64,000 nucleotides of DNA from Octopus sinensis (taxonomy: Eukaryota). The DNA is taken from NCBI RefSeq assembly GCF_006345805.1, contig NC_043017.1:9238001-9302000 (forward strand). The letters run 5' to 3'. Below are positions 11,151 to 22,884 of this stretch, piece by piece (position 1 is the first letter of the stretch; each line of letters opens with the position of its first letter). Both the position numbers and the translations under genes were made by a program. The notes beneath the pieces are model-generated. The model did not search any database and was not told the DNA's origin. It was given only the letters and a program-made list of their open reading frames with translations.

Positions 11151-11370
11151 GGCGGCGAGCTGGCAGAAACGTTAGCGCGCCGGGCGAAATGCTTAGCAGT
11201 ATTTCGTCTGTCGTTACGTTCTGAGTTCAAATTCCGCCGAGGTCGACTTTGCCTTTCATCCTTTCGGAATCGAAAAGTACCAGTTTCGCATTGAGGTCGA
11301 TGTAATCGTCTTAATCCGTTTGTCTGTCCTTGTTTGTCCCCTCTATCTTTAGCCCCTTGTGGGCAGTAAA
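11151..11370 (+). mobile_element. Family B SINE (long-tail form), nested in an older SINE
   Basis: Head GGCGGCGAGCTGGCAGAAACG, B-box-like GAGTTCAAATTC, domain GTCGACTTTGCCTTTCATCC. 12-bp TSD ATATGCCCCACT at 11136-11147 and 11372-11383. Confidence 0.9.
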
Positions 11371-11611
11371 CATATGCCCCACTCGATTCATGCCTTGTTA
11401 ATGAACTTGGATAGACATAAGCCAGTCGGATGGTCTTTATCTGTAATTTAAACGTCCCCAGTTTGTCACACTTGATGCTCGCCTTAAGAATTACGTTAAG
11501 GGCACGTCTGTCGAATACTCATTCACCCACACGTTATTTCAATAAGCAGGTAGAACATTGCTTATGTTGGCGATGATAATAATAATGATGATAATAATAA
11601 TGATAATATAT

Positions 11612-11830
11612 TTCTTTACTGTCCACAAGGGGCTAAACAAAGAGAGGACAAACAAAGGGATTAATTCGATTACATCGACCCCAGTGCGAAACTGGTACTT
11701 TATTTATCGACCCCGAAAGGAAGAAAGGCAAAGTCGACCTCGGCGGAATTTGAACTCAGAACGTAACGTCAGACGAAATACGGCTACGCATTTTGCCCGG
11801 CGTGCTAGCGTTTCTGCCAGCACGCCGCCT
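11612..11830 (-). mobile_element. Family B SINE
   Basis: Reverse complement of the 11151 copy. Confidence 0.88.
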
Positions 11831-11994
11831 GATAATAATAATGATAATAATAATAATAGTGTTGATGATGGTCGACACATGAGTGTTCAGCCTTTTGCCG
11901 AACGACCTGCACAAAGGATTTGTTTATTGTGACCTAATGTATGTGCTGCACATTAAGCTCAGTCTCTCTCCATCAAATCGATGTTGTCTGAACG

Positions 11995-12142
11995 GGTGCA
12001 CTGTGCATCCTGCATCAGGTGTTGAAGTGACCGCAGAGCAATGCGAGATGAAGTATTTTGCTCAAGAACACAACACACCACCCTGTCTAGGAATTGAAAT
12101 CACGATCTAATAATTGTGAGTGCATCACCCTAACCATTAGGC
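11995..12142 (-). mobile_element. Old family D (V-like) tRNA SINE, 5' part
   Basis: Reverse complement of a tRNA-like head and of GTGTTCTTGAGCAAAATACTT. Confidence 0.65.
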
Positions 12143-12213
12143 CATAATAATAATAATGATAATAATAATAATAATAATAATAGTGGCTGGATGGTCGCAG
12201 CTAGAATGAATTT

Positions 12214-12424
12214 GATTGGGCTGAAAAGTTCTTGGCTTTAAGGTTATTGCAAAAGGTCTGGTTGGAGACCCAAGCTTCCGAGTTCTTTAACAGGGCTTAG
12301 AAAAACTGAAGGACCGCTGCAATGTTGTGAACCTGAGAAGGGGAATATGTTGACTAAAATCACAGTTAACTAATTCCTCTTGTATTTTCTTTTACACAAA
12401 GCCAGGAACTTTTCAGCAAACCCC
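12214..12424 (+). mobile_element. Internally deleted mariner element, about 210 bp
   Basis: Inverted ends GCTGAAAAGTTC(T/C)TGGCTTT. The interior is a frameshifted transposase C-terminus FFNR/GLEKLKDRC...LR/GEYVD*. Confidence 0.75.
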
Positions 12425-13171
12425 ACTCCCCCTCGTAGATCTACTAAATCTAGAATTAGCCCCGGGGCTAAAATGCTAAGAACTTATATTTGCAAAGGAA
12501 TGTCTATGAGAGCAGTCTTCATAGCCATTTTGCCAGCTGTCTGTCTGTCTAGTCGGGGGGGGGGGTCCCCCCATCCCCCACCCGACATATCCCCCCCACT
12601 CCCGGCTCTCCCATTCCCTCTCTATCTCACACCACCGGGTTCCCTTCCTGTTCTCTAGCCTGTAACTCCCTTCTCAGATTTCCCCCCCCCCCGGGCATCT
12701 CCCGCCTCCCCCGTCCCTCCCTCCCTCTCTTTCTCTGTACTCCTATCTACAAGTACACAGCTTCATCGCCCCCCCCTTTTCTCTCCACAGCTATGGCTGT
12801 CACTCTTTCCTTCTTTTCTTTTCTTTCTTTATTTCCTCTCCAGTTTCTTATCTTTTCTGGTTTCTTTTTATTTTGTCCCCCTCCCCTCTCTTCCCTTATT
12901 TATTGCATTTTAGCCTGATTCCCCTGAGAAAGATTGAACTGGCATAATGTATATCAATGATACACATATATATATATATTATATATATATATAATATATA
13001 TATATATATAATATATATATATAATATATATATAATATATATTAATATTATATATAATATAATAAATATTAGGAATAAATCCAAATTTACAGGGAAAAAA
13101 TCAGATTTGGATTAAATCGATTTTATAGTAAAATATTATAAAATATTATTCGAGATATAGTATATATATAT

Positions 13172-13271
13172 NNNNNNNNNNNNNNNNNNNNNNNNNNNNN
13201 NNNNNNNNNNNNNNNNNNNNNNNNNNNNNNNNNNNNNNNNNNNNNNNNNNNNNNNNNNNNNNNNNNNNNNN
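13172..13271. other. Assembly gap (100 N)
   Basis: Run of 100 N. Confidence 1.
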
Positions 13272-13380
13272 ACCCTTGTTGTAACTGACTGGGTGCCAGT
13301 TACCCATGGATTTATGTGGAGTTCTAAGCACTGGTTAACCATTATGCTATCTCATTTGAAACATCAACTCTTTAATACAT

Positions 13381-13414
<34 letters not shown>

Positions 13415-13553
13415 ATGATGGCCTTCTTTCGGTTTCCGTTTCTCAAATTCACTCACAACATTTTGGTTGAGTCTATAAGTAAAAGACACAAAGACACTTG
13501 ACCAAAGTAAACTTCTTACTACATGACCACACCTGCAACTATTTATATATATA

Positions 13554-13584
<31 letters not shown>

Positions 13585-13618
13585 TATATATATACATACA
13601 TACACAAGAGTGGCTATA

Positions 13619-14020
13619 GGCGCAGGAGTGGCTGTGTGTTAAGTAGCTTGTTTACCAACCACATGGTTCCGGGTTCAGTCCCACTACGTGGCACCTTGGG
13701 CAAGTGTCTTCTACTATAGCCACGGGCCGACCAAAGCCTTGTGAGTGGATTTGGTAGACGGAAACTGAAAGAAGCCTGTCGTATATATGTATATATGTGT
13801 ATATGTATGTGTATGTGTATGTGTTTGTGTGTCTGTGTTTGTCCCCCTAGCATTGCTTGACAACCGATGCTGGTGTGTTTATGTCCCCGTCACTTAGTGG
13901 TTCGGCAAAAGAGACCGATAGAATAAGTACTAGGCTTACAAAGAATAAGTCCTGGGGTCGATTTGCTCGACTAAAGGCGGTGTTCCAGCATGGCCGCAGT
14001 CAAATAACTGAAACAAGTAA

Positions 14021-14023
<3 letters not shown>
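13619..14023 (+). mobile_element. Young family A SINE, full length
   Basis: Near-consensus copy. Confidence 0.92.
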
Positions 14024-14059
<36 letters not shown>

Positions 14060-14061
<2 letters not shown>

Positions 14062-14235
14062 ATGTAGATGATGGCTATGTAACCAGAAACACGTGTCCTC
14101 TTATCTCCTGACAACAAGCCCATCCTTTTCCTTAATGTCTTACGTCAACTTTGGAGAATTCCTGTTTCTTGAGATTGTCTGCCATTCTTGTGGAGCCATT
14201 CTCAATTGCCATGTTATAATCATGGCAGATATGGG
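14060..14235. mobile_element. Penelope-like remnant with a hammerhead-like motif
   Basis: TAGATGA-TGG-8nt-CCA-GAAAC-ACGT-GTC at 14065-14097; homologous to 6274-6450. Confidence 0.45.
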
Positions 14236-14264
14236 TTTCCATAACTCAAGATTCTATGTTTTCA

Positions 14265-14920
14265 TATGATGTTTGCTTCCCAACTACATGGTTCCGGGTT
14301 CAGTCCCACTGCATGACACCCAAAGCAAGTGTCTTCTGCTGTAGCCCTGGGCTGGTGAGAAGTGTTGGGAGTGGATTTGGTCAGTTGAAAGAAGCCTGTC
14401 ATGTGTGTGTGTGTGTGTGTGTGTGTTTATGTCTGCATAACAGTCCTGCAAAAGGGACCAATAAAATAAGTTCTGGGATCAATTTGTTCATCTAAACGAA
14501 GGGTTCTATGGATCCCTTTGATTACTGTTTTATTCCAAGTGGACCCTCATAGCCAGTCGATGTTTAAAAACTAGTTTTATAGAAACTTCTTTCGAAATCC
14601 CTATTTTGCTTTTCCCACATTTTCATATGTAGGTTGAACTCTGTGAAATGTTAGAGAAAGGGACGAGAAAGGGACTTCATTGCTTCTTGTAATAAACACC
14701 AATACGAGATACATCTAAAGCAACATTTTTTCAGAGGCCCTTAAAATACTATTGTAGATCCCCAATTTACTATTTCGTTACATGGAACCCCCCCCCCCCG
14801 AATCCTATATGGCCCCTCAAGAGTCATATGGACTCTAGTTGAGAACTCCTTTTCTAAACCCTTCAAGGCAGTGGCTCAACATGGCTGCAGTCCAGTTACT
14901 GAAATAAGTAAAAGATATAA
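14265..14920 (+). mobile_element. Old family A SINE split by a hAT-type insert (14498-14851)
   Basis: Flanks ATCTAAAC (14490-14497) and TTCTAAAC (14852-14859). Right TIR-like AGTTGAGAACTCCTT. The SINE tail resumes at CCTTCAAGGCAGTG. Confidence 0.7.
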
Positions 14921-14924
14921 GACA

Positions 14925-14962
<38 letters not shown>

Positions 14963-15787
14963 GAAGACATCATCAAGAGGAATGGAAAATTATACATTTT
15001 AAAAATTTGTTTATTACAGAATTATTCTCATTAAATTCACTTCATATCAGAGTGGTGATAAGGTACTGCCAGGATTCCAAACCCCTATTCCTTAACATTA
15101 TATATATATATAGGTGCAGGTGTGGCTGTGTGGTAAGAAGCTATTAGGTATATATATATATATATATACACACATGTGTACAGATAGAGTTATATAGATA
15201 AATATATTTGTCAGTGATGTAATTTTATAATTATATTCATAAATGCCTGAATGCCTGAACTCTGTTATGATGGTGGTGGTGGTGGTGGTGTAGAGGTAGC
15301 AGGTATGTTGGGGAAGGACTTTTTACCTTTGGTACAATTGTGGGAATAGGTTTGAATAGGATTAGAGGAGGAATAGTAAGTTGAACTCTGTGAAATGTTA
15401 GAGAAAGGGACTTCATTGTTTCTTGCAATAAATACCAATACGAGATACATCTAAAGTAATATTTTTTACAGGGGCCCTTAAAATACTATTGTAGATCCCC
15501 AATTTGCTATTTTGTTACATGGATACCCCCTCCATCCCAATCCTGTATGGCCCCTTCAAGAGTCATATGGACTCTAGTTGAGAACTCCTTGTCTAAACCC
15601 TTCAAGGCAGTGGCCCAACATGGCTGCAGTGTAATGGGTTGTGATGTGTGTGGTAATGGAGAGGGGTATACTTATGGTGTTCATTGTGTTCAAGTTGACT
15701 TGTTCAGGGTGGCTGGGTAGGGAGCTGGAAGGAGAAGAAAGCATAGATGCAGTACCAAACATTGGCTCTCATGGCTTCTGATCTTAA

Positions 15788-16294
15788 CTGATTGGAAGTG
15801 TTATCATGTACATTGTTTTGTCTTGGTATAAAAGATGGGCTACAGCAAATATTCTGCTCAATACCACAGATTTGCTTGTCAATTGTTTGACCTTAACCAG
15901 TTGAACATGTCCCTTAGTGGCTGATGATATGTGCATCTCTGACCACGAGCAGAAGTAGTGGAGGAGCATCATAGCCATGTGTTGAGAGGGATTCTTAGAG
16001 GTTTGGATAATTCACCTTTGGAAACATGGGTGGTTCATTCAACATCCTTAAACAATCCTTATTCAGGGACCTTTTGAGTGGGATGGGTTACTCGACCAGA
16101 AAAAAATTCTAACTGGGCCCCACCTGCAAGGTCATGTGCTGTTTATCTTGATATGAGATCACTATGTCGCGCATATATGCTTGTGATGCATGTGCCTAGT
16201 GTACCGTTATCAGATGGGTTGTCATGATGGTAATACTGGGCTTCGTATATTTAACCCCAGTGTCACTTTGATGGCATGCACTGCTCTCTCACTC

Positions 16295-16340
<46 letters not shown>
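15788..16340 (+). mobile_element. Interspersed repeat ending in (AAT)n, probably a LINE 3' UTR (family G)
   Basis: 16105-16297 recurs in reverse at 63811-64000, also against an (ATT)n tract. Confidence 0.7.
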
Positions 16341-16342
16341 TT

Positions 16343-16520
16343 ACTTTCTACTAAAGGCACAAGGCCTGAAATTTTGTGGGAGGGGATAAGCCGATTTCAT
16401 CAACCCCAGTACTCAACTGGTACTTAATTTATAAATCCTGAAAGGATGAAAGGCAAAGTCGGTGCAGTTTGAACTCAGGACGTAGCGAAAGGTGAAATAC
16501 CGCTAAGCATTTTGTCCATT
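16343..16520 (-). mobile_element. Family B SINE (short-tail form)
   Basis: Reverse complement of the B domain and tail ...TTTCAGGCCTTGTGCCTTTAGTAGAAAG. Confidence 0.8.
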
Positions 16521-16619
16521 ATCATTGCTATCGTCATTATTAAGGCTCACCACCTTAATAATAACAACAGCAATAATAATGATGATGATTTTGTTTATTG
16601 GCTAGACATTGCAGGCCAC

Positions 16620-16745
16620 ATCAAAAGAGGAAACACATCATCATCATCGTTTAACGCCCACTTTCCAAGCTGGTAAGGGCTGGATGGTTTGACAGGAGCT
16701 GACCAGGAAGAAAACTGCACCAGACTTCTGTGTCTGCTTCTGGCA
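16620..16745 (-). mobile_element. Family E SINE 3' end with (GAT)n tail
   Basis: Reverse complement of ...GGAAAGTGGGCGTTAAACGATGATGATG. Confidence 0.7.
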
Positions 16746-17276
16746 TGATGCACACAGAATAATAATAATAATAACAATGATGGTGACCATGATGGTGATA
16801 ATGATGGGGATGATGTCAAATGGCTCTTGTTCAGGCCCATCTTTGACATTTCACCTGTCTATTCCTTGTACTCCTTAACACACTATCTCAGCCTGTATTA
16901 CTCATTGCCCTACTCTTCTTGTCCTTCCTACTTTGGGTTTTTAATTATACTCACCCTTCCTTGCTCTGTGTGTGCGTGTGTGTGTGCACGTGCGCGTGTG
17001 TGTGTGCGCGCGCGCGTGTGTGTGGTGTGTGTGTGTGGTTTCCTTTTTAAACTACTTTCTGTCTCTGTCTCTCACTCTCTCCTTCTGCCTCTTTGCCACT
17101 GATGTGTGGGTGGAGGTGAGGATGGAGATAGGGATGGGTGGTAGTTGTGGGGGGGGAGTGGGTGAGACCAGGCCAGAGGTAGAGGAATGGGAGGGGAATC
17201 AGGATGAAAAGTAAAAAAGTAAAATAGCAAAGACAGTGGAGACTGTTGGAGAGACAGACAAAAGCAATTGTTAGAC

Positions 17277-17310
<34 letters not shown>

Positions 17311-17454
17311 TGAAAGAAGAGGAAAGAGTGATAGAGACAGATAGAAGAGATTGTTAGAGAGAGAGGGCAAGAAAGTGAGAGAGAGAGATAGTGTGTGTCT
17401 AAGAAAAATAAAAGATAGATACAGAGGGATGTTGGTGGGAGATAGAAATATTTA

Positions 17455-17680
17455 TTTCTTTATTGCGTACAGGGGGCTAAGCATAGAGGGGATAAACAAG
17501 GACAGACAAAGGGGTTAAGTCGATTACATCGACCCCAGTGCGTAACTGGTACTTATTTAATCAACCCTGAAAGGAGGAAAGGCAAAGTCGACCTTGGTGG
17601 AATTTGAACTCAGAACGTAATTGCAGGCGAAATACTGCTAAGCATTTCACCCAGTGTGCTAATGATTTTGCCAGCTCACC
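17455..17680 (-). mobile_element. Family B SINE (long-tail form)
   Basis: Matches the 11612 copy. Confidence 0.85.
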
Positions 17681-17956
17681 ACCCTGGGAGATAAGGATGA
17701 AGGTCCATGTTTCTTTTGGGTCATACCTTCATCCCCACCCTTGAGATTGTTTGAAGTTAGTAATAACAGTGCAATACCCAAGTCCTCCTCATTGAGAAGG
17801 TTGACTCTTCTTATTTGCTGTGTCTTGTTTTTAGCAAACAAAGGACCCACTGTAGTGGAATGAAATGTCCTAAAGAGGAGTTAACAGATGTTGTTATTGT
17901 CAGCAAAATGACCAGAAACTAATAAAGTGACAGTGTTAGCAAGCTTTTGTTTGATC

Positions 17957-18232
17957 AACCCTTTTGTTACCATATATGTTTTTGAAAATAATAAAGAATT
18001 TAACAAAAGAACTTTGTCGTTATTAATCTGGTGCTTGCAACATGAATAGGAAAATTTGATAGGTTTTCACTTTTGCCACCATATGTCTGTTGAAATATAT
18101 TTCCTTGGTTTCAAAATAATTTTGAGTATAATGAAGAATGTAGCGAAATATCGTTGTTGTTATTAATCTCTTATTTGGAACATAAATATCAAAATTTGAT
18201 TGGTTTTAATGAAGATCACTTTAACACTTCTA
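17957..18232 (+). mobile_element. Chain of AT-rich piggyBac-type MITE fragments (family F)
   Basis: Units begin CCCTTTTGTTACCATAT; homologous to 60794-61014 in the opposite orientation. Confidence 0.6.
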
Positions 18233-18235
18233 CTC

Positions 18236-18612
18236 TTTTACTTGTTTAATGTCATTTGATTGCAGCCATGCTGGAGCACTGCTTTTAGTCGAGCAAATTG
18301 ACCCTGGGACTTATTCTTTGTAAGCCCAGTACTTATTCTGTCAATCTCTTTTGCCCAACCACTAAGTTACGGGGATGTAACACAACATCGGTTGTCAAGC
18401 AATGCTAGGGGGACAAACACAGACACAAACATACACACACACATATATATACATATATACGACAGGCTTCTTTCAGTTTCCGTCTACCAAATCCACTCAC
18501 AAGGCTTTGGTCAGCCCGAGGCTATAGTAGAAGACACTTGCCCAAGATGCCACGCAGTGGGAGTGAACCCAGAACCATGTGGTTGGTAAGCAAGCTACTT
18601 ACCACACAGCCA
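18236..18612 (-). mobile_element. Family A SINE
   Basis: Near full-length reverse copy. Confidence 0.9.
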
Positions 18613-18954
18613 AAACATATTTCTGTTAAATTACACTCACTTTTGTTTCAAATACTTTTGAAATTGGTGAAAAATTAATCGAAATAACTCTGTCATTATG
18701 AAGCAGGTGTTTGGAACATTAATTAACGTAGAATTTTGATGGATGGTTTTGATGTAGGTCACTTTAACCCTTTTGCTACCATATTTCTACTGTAATACAA
18801 TCATTGTTTGAATTAATTTTGAAAATAATGAAGAATTTAAAGAGCCACCCCCCCCCAAATTCCAGGCCTTGTGCTTTTAGTAGAAAGGATTATTATTATT
18901 ATTATCATTATTATTATCATTATTATTATCATTATTATTATTATTATTATTATC

Positions 18955-19204
18955 ATTCAGTAGCTTTATTTTTATAGCGTGCTTTCACCTCACTACCGAG
19001 CGCAGCTCTGTGTGCCTTGGGTATGTGCTGTGATTTGTTGTGATGCTCTGATGGTTATTGTATGGAAAGTGTTCTGCGTAGGATGTGTGCAGTGCCTAGT
19101 AGTGCAATTTTCTGTATGTTATATGTGTTTGTAAGTCCTGGTGTTTTTGTTATGTATTTGTCTGAATATTTTTTTATCATGCCTAATGCACCTACTATGA
19201 TAGG
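18955..19204 (-). mobile_element. 3' end of an R4/Dong-type (restriction-like endonuclease) LINE, not in the ORF track
   Basis: Frame 19204-19055 reads PIIVGALGMIKKYSDKYITKTPGLTNTYNIQKIALLGTAHILRRTLSIQ*, with the PxxxGALG...QKxALLGTxxILR motif. It is embedded in (TAA)n on both sides. Confidence 0.85.
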
Positions 19205-19205
19205 A

Positions 19206-19247
<42 letters not shown>

Positions 19248-19249
19248 GA

Positions 19250-19885
19250 AAGCAGTAAGCTGGCAGAACTGTTAGTGTGCTGGGCAAAATGCTTAACAGA
19301 ATTTTGTCCGTCTTTACGAGGAGTTCAAGTGCTACTGAGGTCGACTTGTCCTCTCATTTTTTCGGGGTCGATAAATTAAGTACCAGTTGCATACTGGGGT
19401 TGATCTGGTCGACTGCCCCACCCTCCCCCAAAATTTAGGGGCCTTGTGCCTGGAGCAGAGAAGAAAAGAATCGTTAGCATGCTGGACTAAATGCTCAGCG
19501 GTATTTCACCTGTCCACTACATTGCGAGTTCAAATTCCATCGAGGTCAGCTTTGCCTTTCATCCTTTCGGGGTCGATAAATTAAGTACCAGTTGAGTACT
19601 GGGGTCGATGTGATCGACTGTCCCCCTCCCCACAAAATTCCAAGCCATGTGGCTATAGGAGAAAGGATTATTTTTATTATTATTAAGTAGGAAGGATTGT
19701 TAGTCTGCCAGACAAAATGCTGGCAACGTTTTGCCTGTCTCCATGTTCTGAGTTCAGATTCTGCCAGGGTTTGGCTTTGCCTTTCATCTTTTCAGAGTTG
19801 ATGAAATTAGTACCAGTTATGCACTGGGATCAATGTAATTGACAGCTCCCCTCTACCTGAACTTGCTGGCCTTGTGCCAAAACTT
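19250..19885 (+). mobile_element. Three consecutive old family B SINEs
   Basis: The B domain recurs near 19340, 19535 and 19775. Confidence 0.8.
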
Positions 19886-19886
19886 G

Positions 19887-19920
<34 letters not shown>

Positions 19921-20294
19921 TATTATCTGTCATGGTTCCTCCTTATCTGCTTCTAAGGGAGAGGTTGTGGGGGGTAGGATGGAAGGTTGGGGTGTGTGTG
20001 GGTGGTGTGCCTTTGTTTTATTTATTCTGTCTTTCACACATTTTGCTGTTTGCCAAGAAAATTGGCATCGGCATTTGGAAACAAGAAAGACTGCTTTTTT
20101 TTTGTTGTTCTTCTTCCTCTCTTTCTTCTTCAACCTCCCTCACACACACACACACACATACACACAAACACACACACACATGCGCGTGCTGCACACCTCA
20201 TTCAACCTTCTCTTCCCTGCTCTGCTCATCCTAGACAGCCCCTCCCCCACTCCCTCCCACTCTCTCTCATCTCATCCCCCACGTATCTACACAT

Positions 20295-20348
<54 letters not shown>

Positions 20349-20640
20349 GTAAACACACACACACACATACGCATGTGTATATGTATGTATGTGTGTGTGT
20401 ATTTATATATATATATACATACATATATATATATATATATTTATATATATTTATATATATATATATATATATATAATATATTTATATATATATATAAGAC
20501 CACAGCAGCAGTAACTGTCTGCATGTCTGTCTTCTGTTTGTCTGTGTGTCAGTAACTAGAGTACAGTCTACACCTTGCCAACCCTGTCCTACTGACCCAC
20601 TAACTACAATTCGTAGCTTTCTCAACATCTGCTCTCTCTA

Positions 20641-20671
<31 letters not shown>

Positions 20672-20819
20672 CACTCCTTCTTTCTGTCTGTCTGTCTCTC
20701 TCCCTCCCTCCCTCCCTCTTTGTTCTTTGTTTTTCTTCACCTCCTTCCTTCTCTTTTGCATCCCCCTCCTCCTCTTCTTCTTCAGCATCTCTTTTAGTTC
20801 AGTACAGTTTCTAGACATG

Positions 20820-20839
20820 GATCCTTCTCCTGCTGCTAA

Positions 20840-20882
<43 letters not shown>

Positions 20883-22410
20883 TGTGTGTGTGTGTGTGTG
20901 TGCTTGCCTGCTTGTGTGACAGTATGTGTGTGTGTGCATGTATGTATGTGTGTGCATGTATATGGCGGTATGTATGTATGTATGTATGTATGTGTGGAAG
21001 TGTCTGTGTGTGTGTCTGTGAATGTGTGTGTGGATGTGAAGAAAGCTTTACGTCACAGGGTAGGAGATCCCCCCCACAATTCACACACACACACACACAG
21101 TCACTCACGCACACTCACTCACGCACATACTCACACACAATGCATTCACATGCGAGAACACGCATTCACATGCAAAGACACGCATTTTGGATGGCTTCTG
21201 TTACAGGCAAGCGCTGACACGCGCACACGCACGCCTCTAAAAATGCATCATCTCTCATATGCCTTGACGCGTACGCATACACCCCCCCCACACACACACA
21301 TACACACCAAACACACACTGTTTGCTGCATTCACACACCCAAGTACACAAACACACATACACACAACACATTCACACACACACACATATACACATTCACA
21401 TGTGGTAAACACACAACACATACATTACACACACATACACACACACACCATACACACACTGTTTGCTGCTTTCACACACCCAATTACACAAACAAACATA
21501 CACACAACACATACGCACAATACATTCACACACATACACATTCACATGTGGTAAACACACATACACATACATTAGACACACACATACACACACACTCTCC
21601 CTATCTCTCTCTGTTCCCTCTCTTGCATATACTCCCACCCACACCCATTCTGCTTGCTTCACACACACATACATGTACACACACAAACATATATATATAT
21701 ATACCAACGTATACTTACACTTACTCTGCTCTTGCCTCCCTACATACACACATGTACATACACATACACACATGTACATACACATACACACACACATGCA
21801 CAGACACGCATGCATACATACGTACATACCTACACACACACACTCTCTTGTGTACCTACTTTCCTGTTTCCCCCCACTCTCTGTTCCCCCTACCTCACAG
21901 ACTTCCACCTACACACACACACACACATACATGCACTAATGTATACACACATACATATACACATGCTACTTTGTATCTATCTCATTGGTTGCGCCCCCCC
22001 CCTCCGCCGTTTGCCTACCTTGTTCGTTGATTCCCACCCACACATGCAACCACACCACATTTGCATACATACATATATACATACATATAACTATATACAG
22101 TCATACATATACATGCATACATACACACATACACTCTTACGTGTATGTATACATACACATAAATATATATATACATACATACATACATACATATATATAT
22201 ATTTATATACATGCATGCATATATTTACACATGCATACATACATACATATATATATATACATACATACATACATATACATACACACATATATATGAATGC
22301 ATACATACATTCACACACATGCAGGCAGGCATCCATACATTCAAACACACACATATATATATATGCATACACACACGCACACATATGCATACATACATAT
22401 ACACACACAG
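20820..22410. repeat. Compound (TG)n/(CA)n/(TACA)n low-complexity block
   Basis: Directly visible. An internal ~110-bp duplication (CACACACTGTTTGCTGC...TTCACATGTGGTAAACAC) occurs near 21312 and 21453. Confidence 0.9.
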
Positions 22411-22426
22411 TTTAATGATTTCTTAC

Positions 22427-22634
22427 CTGTGCACCATACCTCTGCAGTTTCTTTTGAACACACTCAAGGGAGCAGAGAGTAAAACAAAAAAACGAGATAC
22501 TGTGATGTTGATGGCTTTCCCAGAAAGTCTAAATGGAGATTTTGGAAACACCAAATAGACATTGGTTCTTCCAGTTATCACTCCAATATTTTCCGTACCA
22601 TTATTTGAAATTACCTTATCAGGAAATGAGTTTT
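22427..22634 (-). CDS. Candidate internal exon of an unidentified gene (208 nt)
   Basis: TTTTTAAG| acceptor and CAG|GTAAGA donor. 68 open codons: NSFPDKVISNNGTENIGVITGRTNVYLVFPKSPFRLSGKAINITVSRFFVLLSAPLSVFKRNCRGMVH. Non-repetitive DNA; no homology recognised. Confidence 0.33.
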
Positions 22635-22664
22635 CTTAAAAACATATATATGCATGACTGTGTG

Positions 22665-22805
22665 GCAAGTAGCTTGCTTACCAATCACTTAGTTCTGGGT
22701 TCAGTCCCTTTGCATGGCACCTTGGGCAAGTGTCTTCTACTACAGACTCTGACCGACCAAAGCCTTGTGTGTGGATTTGGTTGACAGAAACTGAAAGAAG
22801 CCCCT
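22665..22805 (+). mobile_element. Family A-type SINE head upstream of the minisatellite
   Basis: GACTGTGTGGCAAGTAGCTTGC...CAGAAACTGAAAGAAGCCC. Confidence 0.85.
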
Positions 22806-22884
22806 CATATGTCAGCCCAGTGACAGGTCGGAAGGTGTGTTCGAGTGTGGATGTAGAAATTTGTTTCTTCTCCCTCTTTCACAG

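Noticed and set aside
14150-14230. Minus-strand HDYNMAIENGST resembling the PLPBP/YggS C-terminal motif
   Set aside because: It lacks the flanking SMGMS and RIG residues, and the DNA is homologous to the repeat fragment at 6.3 kb.
22861-22884. Strong plus-strand splice acceptor (TTGTTTCTTCTCCCTCTTTCACAG) directly before the array
   Set aside because: All three plus frames hit stops within about two units and no donor is evident. A non-coding exon cannot be excluded.
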